In this document: positions 12,641-25,345 of the stretch, piece by piece
Layout: every line of letters begins with the position of its first letter
How positions within the stretch are numbered: the first letter of the stretch is position 1
Assembly: GCF_009834535.1 (NCBI RefSeq)
Contig: NC_045696.1
Span: 91,948,001-92,012,000 of the forward strand
Source: Camelus ferus
Taxonomy: Eukaryota
Length of the DNA: 64,000 nt
Direction of reading: 5' to 3'
Made by a program: the position numbers and the translations under genes
The notes under the pieces: model-generated
What the model was told of the DNA's origin: nothing
Databases searched by the model: none
Seen by the model: the letters and a program-made list of their open reading frames with translations, nothing else

Positions 12641-13389
12641 ATCCAAGACCCATTCTAAAGTATGATTGCGTCCCCATGTCAACACAGGGCTTCTCTAAGG
12701 AGCAGGAAGTTTGAACAGCCTGCAGCTGGGGAACTGAGGAATAAACTTTTTGTTCTGGGACTTCTCACTGAATGTCTCCAGGAAGTTCACATACACACAC
12801 ACACACACTCCCTGCCCAGGTCTGACCCAGAGGTGGGGGTGAGGAATGAACACAGTGAGAACATGGAATCTGAATCTGACTTTGTGGTCGGTTTCTCTTC
12901 TCAGAAGCTAAAGTCTTTTTTGTCCTGTAGGACAGAAACTTGCCTTATATCCTATCTTGTGTATTCCTACTCAATGGCCCTTTGGAATAAACTGATTTAT
13001 TGGCTCTTGTAAGGCTTTTGTCATTTTGAGTCAATCTTTTACTGTCTCAAAAAGCCAAATTTTTGTGAATCAGAAGGGCTTGCCCTCAGGCTATTTTGTC
13101 TCCCTAGGGACTTAAGAAACTATTTTGAAATTCAAAAATCTAGGCTATGACCTCTTTGTTCTATGCTGTACCAAATACTCCCCTTCCCTAGGACAATAAG
13201 TCTTAGATTTAAGGTCTACTCTTAATGGCAAGGAGGATGAAAAAAACCTAAACACTGAAAAATACAATAAGCGATATTCAAAAATAATATTTGGCTCTTC
13301 TCCTTAGCATGGGATTCCCTGCCCTTCAGGTAACAGGGTCCCTTTCTATCATTCCAATTGCTCTGCCCAATGCTCTACCAATGCATTTT

Positions 13390-13539
13390 GCATTCCAACT
13401 ACAACTGATTTCATACTTGAAATTCCCAAGAGCATAGAGCACTTTGATGGCATCATGCCTTTGCAAAAGCAATTTACTTTTACCTGAAATGCCCTCCCTT
13501 TAAGGTTGCCTCCTCATTTTCTAAGATAAACTCTTAAAC
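13390..13539 (+). mobile_element. L2 fragment (continues at ~14680)
   Basis: gcctttgcaaaagcaatttacttttacctgaaatgccctccc is L2 3' region-like. Confidence 0.55.
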
Positions 13540-14125
13540 TGGAGATTAGGCTATTTTCTGTCAGTGTCAAACTCACCTTTCCCTACCCTCTTTTGTGATG
13601 CTGGGGTTGGGACTAAGCAAATTAGCCTTTTTTTAGCCAGCAGAATTCCTTTTGGTTTCTGTCAATAGGGGCCGCTAAAGGGAGACCGGAAGGCGTAAGG
13701 AAGTTGAAGGGGCTTGTTCTTTCCTATTTGCTTGCTGTTCCTGTAAAGTCAGCCAGCAATGAGCCTTCGTCCTGACAACAGTAGTTGTTTCCATCTCCAG
13801 TTTCATTGGGCACCCCTAGAAGAACCAGCTTCACCCTACCTTCCTCAGAAACACCAGCGCCAGCCAGCCTTATCTCCTCCTCTAAGGTCTGGGTCCCATC
13901 TCTGCGAGGTACCTCACCTAGCTTCTGAATTCTTATAACCCCAATCTCTTCCCTTTGTTTGCTCAGACCTAGGAGGTGGTAGTTACTTCCTGAAGTTGCT
14001 ATCTCTGTGAAACCTCAGTGTTCCCTTTTTGCATTTTCAGTTCTCCAAGACCTGATTAACTAATTTCTTGTATTAAATTTTCTCTGTTGAAATTCTTAAT
14101 ATGCTTTTGTTTTCATGACTAATAT
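13540..14125 (+). mobile_element. ERVL-type solo LTR (LTR41/LTR33-like)
   Basis: tgtgatgctggggttggga...gccagcagaattcc...tgtcaataggggccgctaaagggagaccggaagg; 3' end tattaaattttctctgttgaaa...ttgttttcatgactaata. Confidence 0.7.
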
Positions 14126-14140
14126 TTGTCCTCTGTTAAG

Positions 14141-14677
14141 TGAGAGGTAGCAGACCATGCCATCCCAAAATATGCCATTTTGACATAAGGATTATTTTGA
14201 GCTGAAGGCATTTGAGAAGAAACAGATACAAGAAAAACTCTCTGCCCTCCCACTATTTGCCTTGAAAGCAAGACATAAATTTGTAAAGGTATTCCCCTCC
14301 CCTCTCTACTGGGAAGGACAGAAGTTAATCACCCCAGAGATATCTACATAACAGACTTTGCTAACTAGCCCTTATCTTCCATTAATTCCCCTATATATTT
14401 ACTTTCTCACAATTTGCTGCCCTAGAAACTCAGTCTTTTTCCTTTGTCTGTCACTTCTTTAAAAATCTTGTTTTCTTGTTAGGATGCTGTGAAGCCCAAG
14501 TTCTAACCACCCCTTCGAGTTGCTCATCATGACTACTCCCATGCACATGTGCAATGCATGCTCTCATAGACTTCTGTTTGTTTTTTTCTTGTTAATCTGT
14601 TTTTTGTCAGTCTACTTTGCAGAGCCCAGCCAATAAAACCTAAGATGAGTAGAGGGAAAAGATTTTCCTTCCCTACA
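14141..14677 (+). mobile_element. ERV1 solo LTR (MER34-like)
   Basis: TG...CA termini; atgccatcccaaaatatgccattttgacataaggattattttgagctgaaggca; ends gattttccttccctaca. Flanks taag/tagg suggest a 4-bp TSD. Confidence 0.85.
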
Positions 14678-14679
14678 TA

Positions 14680-14951
14680 GGACTACGTGGACCATTCATC
14701 CACTCCCTCCCAATCAAAGCATTTGTTTTTGTGCGTCCATGTGCCTTGTAGATGATGGCTCCTTTGAAGTGCTTATCACAGTGTGTTATAATGACTTTCT
14801 TATATCAGTGTCCCACCATCAGGTTTTTAGCCTCTCAGAGGTAGAGATCATGTTTTATTCATCTTTATCTTCCTATGCCTAGCACAATGAATACGCATTC
14901 AATACCTGATCCTTGAATTAACAAATGAACAATCAAATGATTGCATGAATG
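14680..14951 (+). mobile_element. L2 3' end
   Basis: gaggtagagatcatgttttattcatctttatc...tgcctagcacaatg...ttgaattaacaaatgaa...tgaatg tail. Confidence 0.8.
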
Positions 14952-15279
14952 CTATAATAGTCATGTATTTTATCCTGCTAAAACTATAATGACACCTTTT
15001 TATCTACAGAATAAATCCCAAGTCCTCCTTCATTCTGGACCCTTCCTCTCAAGTTTCATCTCCTTCCCAGCCCTGTCTTTTCAGCCATACTGAATGGCTC
15101 TCAACTCCCAGAACACATCTCTCGGCCTCTGTCCTCACTGTCCTTTCTTCCTGAAATGTCTTGCTCATTTCTGATTCCTCTGCTACCCTGCAAGCTATTT
15201 GTAGTACTCCTTGACTTCCACTGCCTAGGATAGTACTGGAATACAGGAGGTACTCAGTATATAATTATTAAATAAGCAT

Positions 15280-15480
15280 TTCTATATTGCTGCAGTTCCA
15301 TTATAATTTTTGATCCTTGTATAATACTTTATGCAGGTTATGTGCCACAGTTTTCTTAATTACTACTTTATTATTGGATATTAAGATAGTTTCCAGGTTC
15401 ACTATCACAATTAGTTCAGTAGAGTACTTTTTTGTACAAAGAGCTTATTTTCTCATAGAGTTATTATTTTTTCTTTTTCT
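15280..15480 (-). mobile_element. L1ME-like fragment
   Basis: gccacagttttcttaattac...tattggatattaagatagtttccaggtt. Confidence 0.5.
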
Positions 15481-17584
15481 TAAGAAAAGGGTAGAGTATA
15501 AATTAATACAAAAAGGAGTTTCATTTTTCTCAGTTGGTGTCAATAATGGTACGCCTAAGTCCTAGAGTATGTTTTGGGGGTCATCGTGTCTTTAGAGGGT
15601 CAGTGAAGTAATTTGATTCCCAAGTTGATGTACTTTCCCAATAACTTGCAAATCAAGATGCCAATGTCCAAGTATTCCAGACCAAATATATCTACATGCC
15701 TGAATCCTCATTGTCTCCAGCTTCTCTTTGAGTACACAGAGGCAGAAAGCACATGGGTGGCATTTGACCTTGGGGATGGTGTGGTTGGGGTTTGAGGAAC
15801 AGGATGATACATAGTTAACTGGTCAATAGAAATTAAAATCAACTGAAACCACTATTGTCGAATCACACCAAAGTTTGTTTTCATTCTTTATTTGGAAACC
15901 TCCAAAAAATAAAGGAATCCATTAATACATGAAACAGAAACACTCATGAAAATTTGTCTACATAGAAGTCTTGTCTGTTGAGCTTTGTTTTCCTAATTAG
16001 TTTTCATTTGATGTGTTTCCAACTATGACATGAAGTCTAGCCGGCATCCTTTCCAAAGCTGTTATTCTGACCACTATAGTTTTAAACAGGTTCAGAATTT
16101 CTGAGTTAAAGAAGAAGAGAGAGGTTGACAGAGAAGGGATTAAAAGGAAAGTGCTGCAAACCTAAAATTGACTTGACACCTAGCTTTGGGACAGAAACTT
16201 CCTGGATCTGTATCTTCACCCATAAATTGAGTAGAAGATCCCCAAAGCCCTTCCTAACTGAATTTCCATGACCTTAGGTGTTTTAGTCCTGATATGTGCA
16301 GAAACCTCAACGAAGCTCAAATTAGCTTCTGGCTTCCCTGGATTTCAAGAACAAATAGTGTAGCATAACTCCCTTGCAGGTGTAAGTCATCTTGTGTCCC
16401 CCTTTCCAGTTTAAACAAAAAACAAAGCCCAAAGGCTTTAACTGATGTGACTCCTCAGGAAATCTTTGTCTACTTCATTCATTATGATCTGTATGTTGTC
16501 CATCCTCCAAACCTGTGTGGAATCTGACTTGAACTCATTTTGCATTCTTTCTGCAAAAGACATTGTTGCCCAATTTAGCTGATCCACAGGACCTAATCAG
16601 GCGAAATCTAATGGAAATGAATGGCTCTTCCTTGCAACTTATCAAGACAGTTTTTAATTTTATATTGTTGTTGTTGCTGTTATTTTTAGCCCAAACTTAG
16701 AGAATATCCATTTCGATTTGGAGAAGTCACTCTAGGCCATACCGCATGCCCAGTGGGGGCTTAGTTTTCAGATAACAAAAGGACTGCTGTCTCCTCTGCT
16801 CCTTCAGGTTTACCCACAATTTATCAGAAGAAAAGGCATTCATACAGCTCCATGTTTCATTTTTTTCAGCCAGCCAGTTCCTCCAATTTCCTCTCCAAAG
16901 AACATGCAGCTGTTTATAAAATGCCTCTATTTAGAAGTCCTCCTTAGGAGGCAAAAGGAAATCTTAGGCTTCTTTCAGATAACGTTTTGCAAATGATGCT
17001 GAGAATAAACAATATATTACTGTTCGTAAGGAGAAAAAGAAGGAGAAAAAGCAATGCCACTAAGAGGGGTTGGTGTCCTCACCATGGACCTCTGCTTAGG
17101 AAAGGTGGCATTCAAAGCAACCAGCCCTCTTTGCTGCCAGCTCATTGGCTGGGAGCCAAGAGTGCCTCGGTCCAGTGTAACTAACTGGGAGGGACTGTTT
17201 TCAAGGGGAGGTGGAGGTCATTAATCAGGGCACGTATTTGGCTATCTCAGCATTCTGAAGTGACACTAGACATGGAAGGTGATGAAAATCAAACAGCAAT
17301 GTTCAGTAAGGGCAGCTGGTCACTATCAGGAAAGCAGATTTCCCCTGCACTATATTCTTCTTTGTTTGAATTCAAGCGGTGGACATTTCACAATGTCCAG
17401 CTGATGTGATAAATGATCCAGTAAGTCATGACACAATGCAATGTATATTTTAAAGGCAAGCCAGAATTTGTCATTTAATTAGAATGCTGTTTAAAATGAG
17501 TGCAGTGTTCTTTGATCATAATTATAGCCTCAGGTTAGTAAAGGGCAGCATTTCACTTCTGTGTTACCATAATCAAGCAATTGT

Positions 17585-18960
17585 GCATTCAATAATCAGC
17601 AAACTTTTATTGAACACCTACTGTGTGCTAGTCTGATTCTGATTTAGAACCTTAATTCTGGACCCATTCACTACACTATTTTTAAAACAAAAATTAAAAC
17701 TAAAATGTTATAATTTTATGTCTTTTCCTATTATTCCATAGTCTGGCAGAGAGAAGATTGCCCAGGCAACTTCTACTACTATTTCAGTAAGAGATGAGTC
17801 TTAGATCTGAAGATACAGCTCTGAATGAGAAATGTCCCCTGCCCACATGGAAATGTCTCTCTCCAGGGGGAAGCAGACAATGAATAGATAAATAAATAAT
17901 TGGAAAATAATTGTAGATGATTATATGTGCTATAAGTTAAAAAAAAACCAACTAAAGCAGGATGTTTTGATAGAGACTGACTGGCAAAGTAAGGGATAAC
18001 TACTCTAAGGTGGTCATGCAAGAATTACTGAGGAGGTTAACACTGACTAATGAGGAAGGCCCCTCATGAAAAATCCGGAGAAAGAACCTGGGGAGCATTC
18101 AGGGAAACCCCAAATGGGTTCACCTTGGTGTGGTCACGAAATGGGAAGAAGGTCAACATACCTGCAGGGCTACAAGTTAAAAGAGATCTAGGAGGTGATC
18201 TAGAGGTAGGTGGGGGCTGGTAATGCAAGTCCTGTAGACCATGGTAAAGTACAACTGGAAAACATTGAAAGACTGCAGTATATCAATATTATTTATGTTT
18301 TAAAGTTATCAACCTGGCTCCTGGAGACAGGGAAGCAAGAAGACCAAATTAGAGTAGTTGAGATAAGCGATTAGTAGCTGAATATTGGCAGAGACAGGAA
18401 GTAAAGAGGGTAGATTTGAGATGTTTTAGAAGCAGAACCTCCAGACTTGCTGAAGAATTAGATATGGAGGTGAGACGAAAGTCAGAAGCCAGGAAAAAGG
18501 TTACAGTTTGAACAACAGAGTGGACGACAGTGTCATGAGGTGGAGAATTGAATTCACGGTGGAGGGGAGGAATGGGTTTGAGGTGAAGGTAGGAACTGAG
18601 AATTCTTTGCAGCTCTGTTACATGGGAGACTTCTATTGGACATCTGACTGGAGATACAAAGACTAGAGAAATAAAAGTAGCTGCAACTGGTTTGTAAAAG
18701 ATAATGTAAAGCTATGGGAGGAAAGAAAAAAGTAGGAAGCCCAGGACCTGGCCACGAGGCACTCTAACAGTAGAGGTGCAGGACAGTGTGTCAGGGAAGT
18801 AAGTGCAGTACTTAGCATACTACAGATGGAGGCCAAACACCAGGCATGAAACGCCTTAGAGAAGGAATCCAAGGTGACATGAGATGTTAACTTCCTGCTG
18901 TGGTGAAAATAGAGATGAAAACTATTTCCTCTGAGTTAGCAAAGATCATGGAAAAGTAAA
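17585..18960 (-). mobile_element. L2, interrupted at ~17633-17800 by a non-L2 insert
   Basis: cattcaataatcagcaaacttttattgaacacctactgtgtgctag, then the insert, then ttagatctgaagatacag...gtcccctgcccacatgga...gggaagcagacaatgaa. Confidence 0.8.
17633..17804 (+). repeat. dispersed direct repeat copy 1 (~170 bp; partner 19611-19771)
   Basis: 17743-17794 vs 19709-19760 match at 44/52 positions ungapped; exact aaaaattaaaactaa at 17689 and 19651. Confidence 0.85.
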
Positions 18961-19314
18961 TGAAGATCTTTATTCCATGAGGGTATTTATAGCACGTGAC
19001 TGTCTCCGCATCACTGCCACCCCGTAAGCAGTTCTTCAGGATCTGTGATTTGTCTCAGCCTGGGGGTGCTCTGTGTCCTGGGACGAGTTGAACAAACCTG
19101 TGTTTGTTCAAGATTTGGAGAGCCCTGTTTGGTAATACTGAGTCATTTCCCCATTTCTAGAAGTTATGTATATGTGTAAAGATCTCTGGATTAGTTCTAC
19201 AGAAGTGATGGTCCAGTCTAGTCAGTTCTTAGTATCCCAGCCCTTAGAAGTCTTCTACAGGAACTGCTCTCCTGTTAATACGATCAGTGAGGCATGCCAT
19301 CACCAACCAGAGCA

Positions 19315-19565
19315 GAGTCCAGTGGCCCAGGAGTGACCATGGGCTTCAGAGCCAGACCCACCTGTGTTCAAATCCCAGCTCAGTCACTATTTAGTATGTG
19401 TTGTGAGACAAGTTCCCCAAGTTCCCCAAGTCCCAGTTTCCTCATCTGTAAATGATGACCACACTTCACAAGCTTCTTACGAGATTTAATGAGATACCAC
19501 GTTCTGAGTGACTAACCCAGTGCCTCAATGAGTTGTTAGGAGATGTTCAGTAAATCTTGGTCTCT
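19315..19565 (+). mobile_element. MIR
   Basis: catgggcttcagagccagacccacctgtgttcaaatcccagctcagtcact...cagtttcctcatctgtaaatg. Confidence 0.85.
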
Positions 19566-19610
19566 TCTCTTTTGTTTCATCCTGGTGACACACTAAGACC
19601 CCCAGGTAAT

Positions 19611-19771
19611 TCTGATTCTGGCCCTAATCACGACATTACTTTATGAGTGTAAAAATTAAAACTAAGGTGTTATAGGTCATTTCCTGAGTCAGTGATCCTT
19701 TTTGTGAGCTGGCAGAGAAAAAATTGCTTAGGCCACTTCTGCTGCTATTTCAGTATGAGAAAGACTCTCAG
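19611..19771 (+). repeat. dispersed direct repeat copy 2 (partner 17633-17804)
   Basis: tctgattctggccctaatcac...aaaaattaaaactaaggtgttata...ctggcagagaaaaaattgcttaggccacttctgctgctatttcagtatgaga. Confidence 0.85.
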
Positions 19772-19969
19772 TGAGCAGCACTCTCTCTCAGTCTGGTTAA
19801 TTTCCTCACCATTGCTGTGGTGCTTGGAACTTCCTATTTAAATTCTAGAATTTGAGTCTGGTATCTACACTCAGTAAAAACAGAGAAACTTCCTATCAAC
19901 TGCCTGCCAGATTTCCCTGTTGTACATAGTTCAGTCAATTAATCACAGAACCATTGCCATTTTTTCCAC

Positions 19970-20080
19970 TTAATTTATTAATTCAACCGATATATATGGA
20001 GGCCTTGCTAAGTGCCTGACAAAGTGTAGGCACTGGCGGGATCATGGTGAGCAAGGTGAACACGGTCCCGGCATTTACTC
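19970..20080 (-). mobile_element. L2 3' fragment
   Basis: atttattaattcaaccgatatatatggaggcc...taagtgcctgaca...gtaggcactgg...tggtgagcaag. Confidence 0.6.
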
Positions 20081-20289
20081 TTGCACAGGCCAAGGTTTCC
20101 CAGCCTGTTCCACTGACAAAGAAGTGACTTTCCTTCCCTGCTCCACTCCCAAGAGGTCTTTTACTTAGATAAAAATGCAGCTTGTTTCAGATTCCTGGAA
20201 TTGTTTGTAAACATGAACTAAAGGTTACTATCAGCTTTTCACAGACAGCTTTCTCTTTAATTGAGGAATAGCATCTACTTCCTTTGTGT

Positions 20290-23200
20290 GTGTATTTTTA
20301 ATTATAAAAATAGCACATGCTTGCTTTAGAATGTGTTAATCTCCCCTAAAATGGGGAACTTCTCCTCCTTGCCAGAAAAGAAACTATTAACTGCTAGGAT
20401 TTGGTGTCTACACTTCCCAGACTTTTTTTCTAAGCAAATCCAAATGCATATCTGTGCATGCCCACCCCCATGTGCCATACACACACAATGTTTTGCTTGT
20501 TTTGTTTTTACAAAGATAGTATCATGCTGCTCTGTAATTCGATTTTTTTCACTTAGCAATATGTCACAGGCATATTATCATTTTAGTATATTAATCTACC
20601 TACATTTTCAGTGTGCTACATGCAATAGTCATGGAAGAAATCAATCACAGTTGTTTCTTTAACAGTTATTCTATTGATAGAAATTTGTTTCCAATTTACT
20701 GCTACTTTAGAGACATTTAATAGATGTTCTGTGCATATTTATTTTCACATTTGTGTGTGCTTTTCTGTAAACTGGAATCCTTGAAGTGGAATTGCTAGCT
20801 CAAAGGGGCTGTGCATTTTAAAATTTGATAATGTGAAATTGCCTTCAAGAAAGATGACACCCAATTTAGTTTCCTGTCGACACCATATGAGAATACTCAC
20901 TTCCTCCCCCTCTTTCTACTACTGAATATTATCATTCTTAAATTTGCCAGTCTGGTAGGAAAAATGGAATTTCATTTTAGTTTCCAGATTTCCACTCTGA
21001 CATATAAAAAGCTTAGAAAGCGCCATTCCCATCCTTACAACAAGAAAAGGCTGGACAAACTGAAAATCAATGATTTTTCTTGGATGCATCACAGAACTGA
21101 AGTTTCAAGGTAAACCACACCCTGAAATCTGGAGAGACAGGTGCATCCAGAGAGAGACAACAGAAGCCACTGGAGCGATAAGGGTGGTACCACATAACCT
21201 CACTAGTAATTGTGACGAATTGCTGGAGGCTGAGTGCGGACTAGGTGAGCAAGAAACACCTGGGGCTCCAGTCATCGAGGGCCCCCATAGTTTTGAGGTC
21301 TCTTTTCCCCAGGAACCCCACTACAGTTCCCAGTGAGGATTTGAGAAAAATCCCCTCTTCCCCCAGCAGGGGCATGGGAAGAGTAGCAATGGCATAACCC
21401 TCCAGGATTCTTCTTCATAACAAAGGCCCACTCTCCAGGGACAATACTGCGGCCTTACCACGCTGAGGCAGGGGTTTCCACCCTACTCCAGCCCCTAGCC
21501 TTCCTGCCTCAACTAAACAAACCCCCCAAATAATATGGTTAACAGGACGCTGGGAGTGGAGTACAGGGTGAGGGTCCTCTATGCAGGGAGGAGGGACAGA
21601 AACACTTTCAAGACACAGGGCCACCAAAGACTGACTTAATCAGAAGATTATAGAACACTTCCCCTCCCCCAACACCCTTTCACCATTCCAGTAAACCTCC
21701 AGTGGATTACAGCCTGACAGAGCTGCAAAGCCCAAGGGTCTCTCTGAGTGGGAGTACAAAGGGAAGCCCCAAAGCCAAGAAAGGACACAAAAATAAAGAC
21801 ACCAGAGGAATTTGAAGCCTGTGGAATTTATAATGACAACAAACACTAAACATAGCCCAACTCCAAGCCAGATTAACATAAATCCTCATGCTAAAGGCCT
21901 GTTTACCTTACTGTCTATTACTGATACAACATATCTGGCTTTCAACAAAAAAATTACAAGGCATACTGAAAGACAAGAAAAAACACAGTCTGAAGACACA
22001 AAGCAAGCATCAGAACCAGATTCAGATATGACACAGATGTTGGAATTATCAGACAAGGATTTAAAATAACTATGATTAATATGTTAAAAGCACTAATGGA
22101 AAAATAGGCAGCTTGTAAAGCCATTTCAGTAATATCAGCAGTAAGATGGGAACTATAAAAATCAGAAGGAAATGCTAGACATGAAAAACTGTAATGGAAA
22201 TAAAGAATGTCTTCATTGGGCTCATCTCCTGGACACAGTGAGAAAGAATCAGTGAATTTGAAGTAGCCCAATAGAAACTTCCCAAATTAAAACTCAAAGA
22301 GAAAAAAATTTTTTTAAATAGAATGTTTAAAAGCTGTGGGACAGTATCAAAAGGGCTAATGTGTATGATTAGAACACCGGAAAAAGAAGGGCATAAGAAA
22401 GATTTAAAATAATCTTCTGAGAATTTTTTCAAAATCAGTTACAGACAGCAACCCCCGCACCCCCAGATCCAGGGGGCTCAGAGAACACCAAGCAAGATTT
22501 CTTTAAAAAATTATTTTACTTTTGCATCTCTTTTATTATGAGTGAAGCTTGGAATCCTGGCAATTTGTTTTTTTTTTTTCTTTAAATTATCTGTTTATAT
22601 TGCTTGACTATTTTTATTACAGATTTACAGGAGTATTTTGTATATTCTGTGTAGTAATCCTTTGTTGTGTACATGGCAAGTATTTTCCCTTATAACTTTG
22701 TCTATGGAGTCTTTAACCATACTGAAATATTAAAAACATTTGTGATCAATTTTATCAACATTTCTCTTTCTTAATTTCTAGTTTTTGTATGTTGCTTAGA
22801 GATGGCCCTTAATTCCCCAAACTATAAAAACATCTCTTCTTTTTCTTTAGATACTTTTTCATATTCCATGATTAGATGTTTAATATAGATGGAATTCATT
22901 AATTATGTATGTTATGATGTAAAGATATACTTTAATATTTTCTAATTGAGTAGCAATTTTCTAATACCAATTAGCAAATAGGCTACTTTTCCCTTTATTA
23001 AAATGTTACCTTTATTATTAAAAGATATATATTAAAATCCTATCCTTCATGTACCTATTTATGACAAACTATTTTTAGACCTTCTATTCCATTTTAGTGG
23101 ACTGTTGATTTATTTCAATGCTAAAAAGCACTTTCTGTAATTACTATAGCTTTACGTTGTGTTTAAATGCTCTATGTGGTGAGGGAGGTTATCTTTTCTT

Positions 23201-25345
23201 GTTCTGCTTTTCAACTCTATCTTTGCTATTCTTACCCATTTGCCTTTCTAGGTTTTCTTTAGAATGAGCATGCCAAGTTTCGTTTTTTTAAATGCTAATG
23301 GGGTTTTGATTGGAGTTGATTAAATTTAGATATTAATTGAGGAAAAAATCAACACCTTTGTAATCTTGAATCTCTCCATCCAATTATGTGGACATTTCTG
23401 CCATTATTTAGTTCTTCCTTTATGTCCTCTTGGGTAAAGTTTATAGTTTTCTTTCTATGGGTCTTGTGTACTTCTTGTTAGGTTTTTTTCTTTTCTATAG
23501 CAGATAATCTGTATGTTTTGTTCCTGTTGTAATTGCAATTCTTCCAATTATAGCAATGTCTTTTGTTTTTTGGATGTTGATCTAATATCTGGTCACATTA
23601 GTAAATTTTAACTCTTTACTCTATAATTTTTTTCAATTAATTACCTTGACTTTTAAAAGTAGGTTTTTTATAATAACCACAAATGATGATGACTTTTCTT
23701 TTTTATTTCTACCATTTATATCTAATATCTTTTTCTTGCTTTATTACACTGACCCAACACATTAAACAGTAAAGATAATTATACACATTCTTTTTTTTTA
23801 ATGTAATGGGATTGCTTCTAATACTTCCCCATTATGGATGATTTTATTCTAATTTCTGATATCAAATAAGAAAGTTTTCCTTCCAGCCGTAGCTTGCTAA
23901 TAATTTTCAAAATATACTGGCATTCAATTTCAATATGCTTTGACAGCATCTATTAAGATGATCATGTAGATTTTCTCTTTTAACCTATAAATGTAATAGA
24001 TTAATAGGTTTACTAACATTTATTAAATTGTTCTAGCATTCTTAGGGAAATAGGAATTAGTCACAGTACTTTATTCTTCGAATGTATTTTGAATTGCTAT
24101 TTTTAAAAATATTTTTTATATCTGATTCATGAGTTGTATTGATTTAGTAATTTCTTTTTCTTCCTTTTTTTAAAACTTGCATGTGTTTTGTGCTAAACAT
24201 AAGTTTCAGGGTTATGTTGGCCTTATTCATTAGATGAGAAGTTTTCTTTCTTTATCTTTGCTCTATAACTGTTTAAATTAACTAAAGAATTACCTGCTCC
24301 CTGAGGAAATAGCCTCTGGGGAACTGGTATATTTTTAAGGGGTATTCTTTAACTACCTTTTCAACTCCTTCTTTGATGGCTGTCCATTCAGATTCTTTTT
24401 TACCTCTTTCTGCATCTAGATTTTAAATTCATTTATTTTTATTCTTGGAAATTATATGGCATTTTCTTAATCTCTCCTGTATCTATAATTAAGTCCCCCT
24501 TTTTCATTCCTAATATTAGTTATTTGTGCTTTCTATTTATTTTTACTCAAATTACCCAAAGTTTAGTTTGCATTTTACTTTCCAAAGAACCAGCTTTGTA
24601 TTCGATTGAATTTTCATGTTACCTTAGTTTTTGCTTGTTTTTCCTTTTAATTAATTTCTGCTTTTATTTTGTATAATCTCTTAATGTCTTTTACTTTTTC
24701 AAAATGTTTATTTTTAAATTTTTCTTGTTTTTAGACTCTTGAAATGAATACTTATTTTTAATTTTTCTTTTAAAAATCTGAGTCTACACCCAAATATTTT
24801 TAAGAACTAATTCTTTTTCATAAGTTTTTTTGTTTAATAAATACAATATTTTTACTCTCTCTGAGAATCTTAATTAACCTTATTTTAAAATTATTATCTA
24901 TTTCTTTAAAAATCTCTTTTTCTTTGGTGGTTAGTTCTTCAACTGATAGTAGAAATCCTGTTCCTTTAACAGTTTAAAGATAGATTCTAATTATAAGCAG
25001 TTACCTGTCTCTGCTCATGGCTCACTCTTTTTATGAGCATCTGCTTTGTCTGATCTTGGGCTTTTACTAGAGTTCTGCCAAAAAAAAAAAAAAAAAAAAA
25101 AAAAACCTTAAAAAAAGCCTTCTTTTTATCTCCCTGGGCTTTCAGTTCCCTCTGTTTGGGGAGCTTTATCTGCCAATTTTAACTTGTACACTTTTCTAGA
25201 ATTTCTCGCTGTTCCTGAGCCTGTTAATGGTACGTTTTCTGGTTTCCTAGTTCTGATGTTGATTATTCTGACTCTTTTATATTTCTTGTGCCGTTTCAAT
25301 AAGATTTTGGGTAGAGTATTTAGTCAGCCATCTTGAAAGTCTTTC
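20290..25345 (-). mobile_element. ancient L1ME-like element (3' UTR to 5' end, internally deleted), split by an opposite-strand L1 5' fragment at ~20985-22497
   Basis: L1ME 3' UTR motifs at 20290-20980; T-rich antisense ORF2 at 22500-24700; 5' terminus tcagccatcttgaaagtc (reverse complement of ...caagatggctga) near 25325-25342. Confidence 0.75.
20985..22497 (+). mobile_element. L1MC/L1MD-type 5' UTR and ORF1 N-terminal part (3'-truncated)
   Basis: aagcttagaaagcgccattcccatccttacaacaagaaaaggctggacaaactgaaaatcaa 5' end; ORF1-like peptide KKITRHTERQEKTQSEDTKQASEPDSDMTQMLELSDKDLK (ORF 21812-22069). Confidence 0.8.

Noticed and set aside
25079..25105. Long poly(A) run suggesting a processed pseudogene end
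   Set aside because: No upstream mRNA-like body or TSD; it lies within an old L1 5' region and looks like homopolymer expansion.
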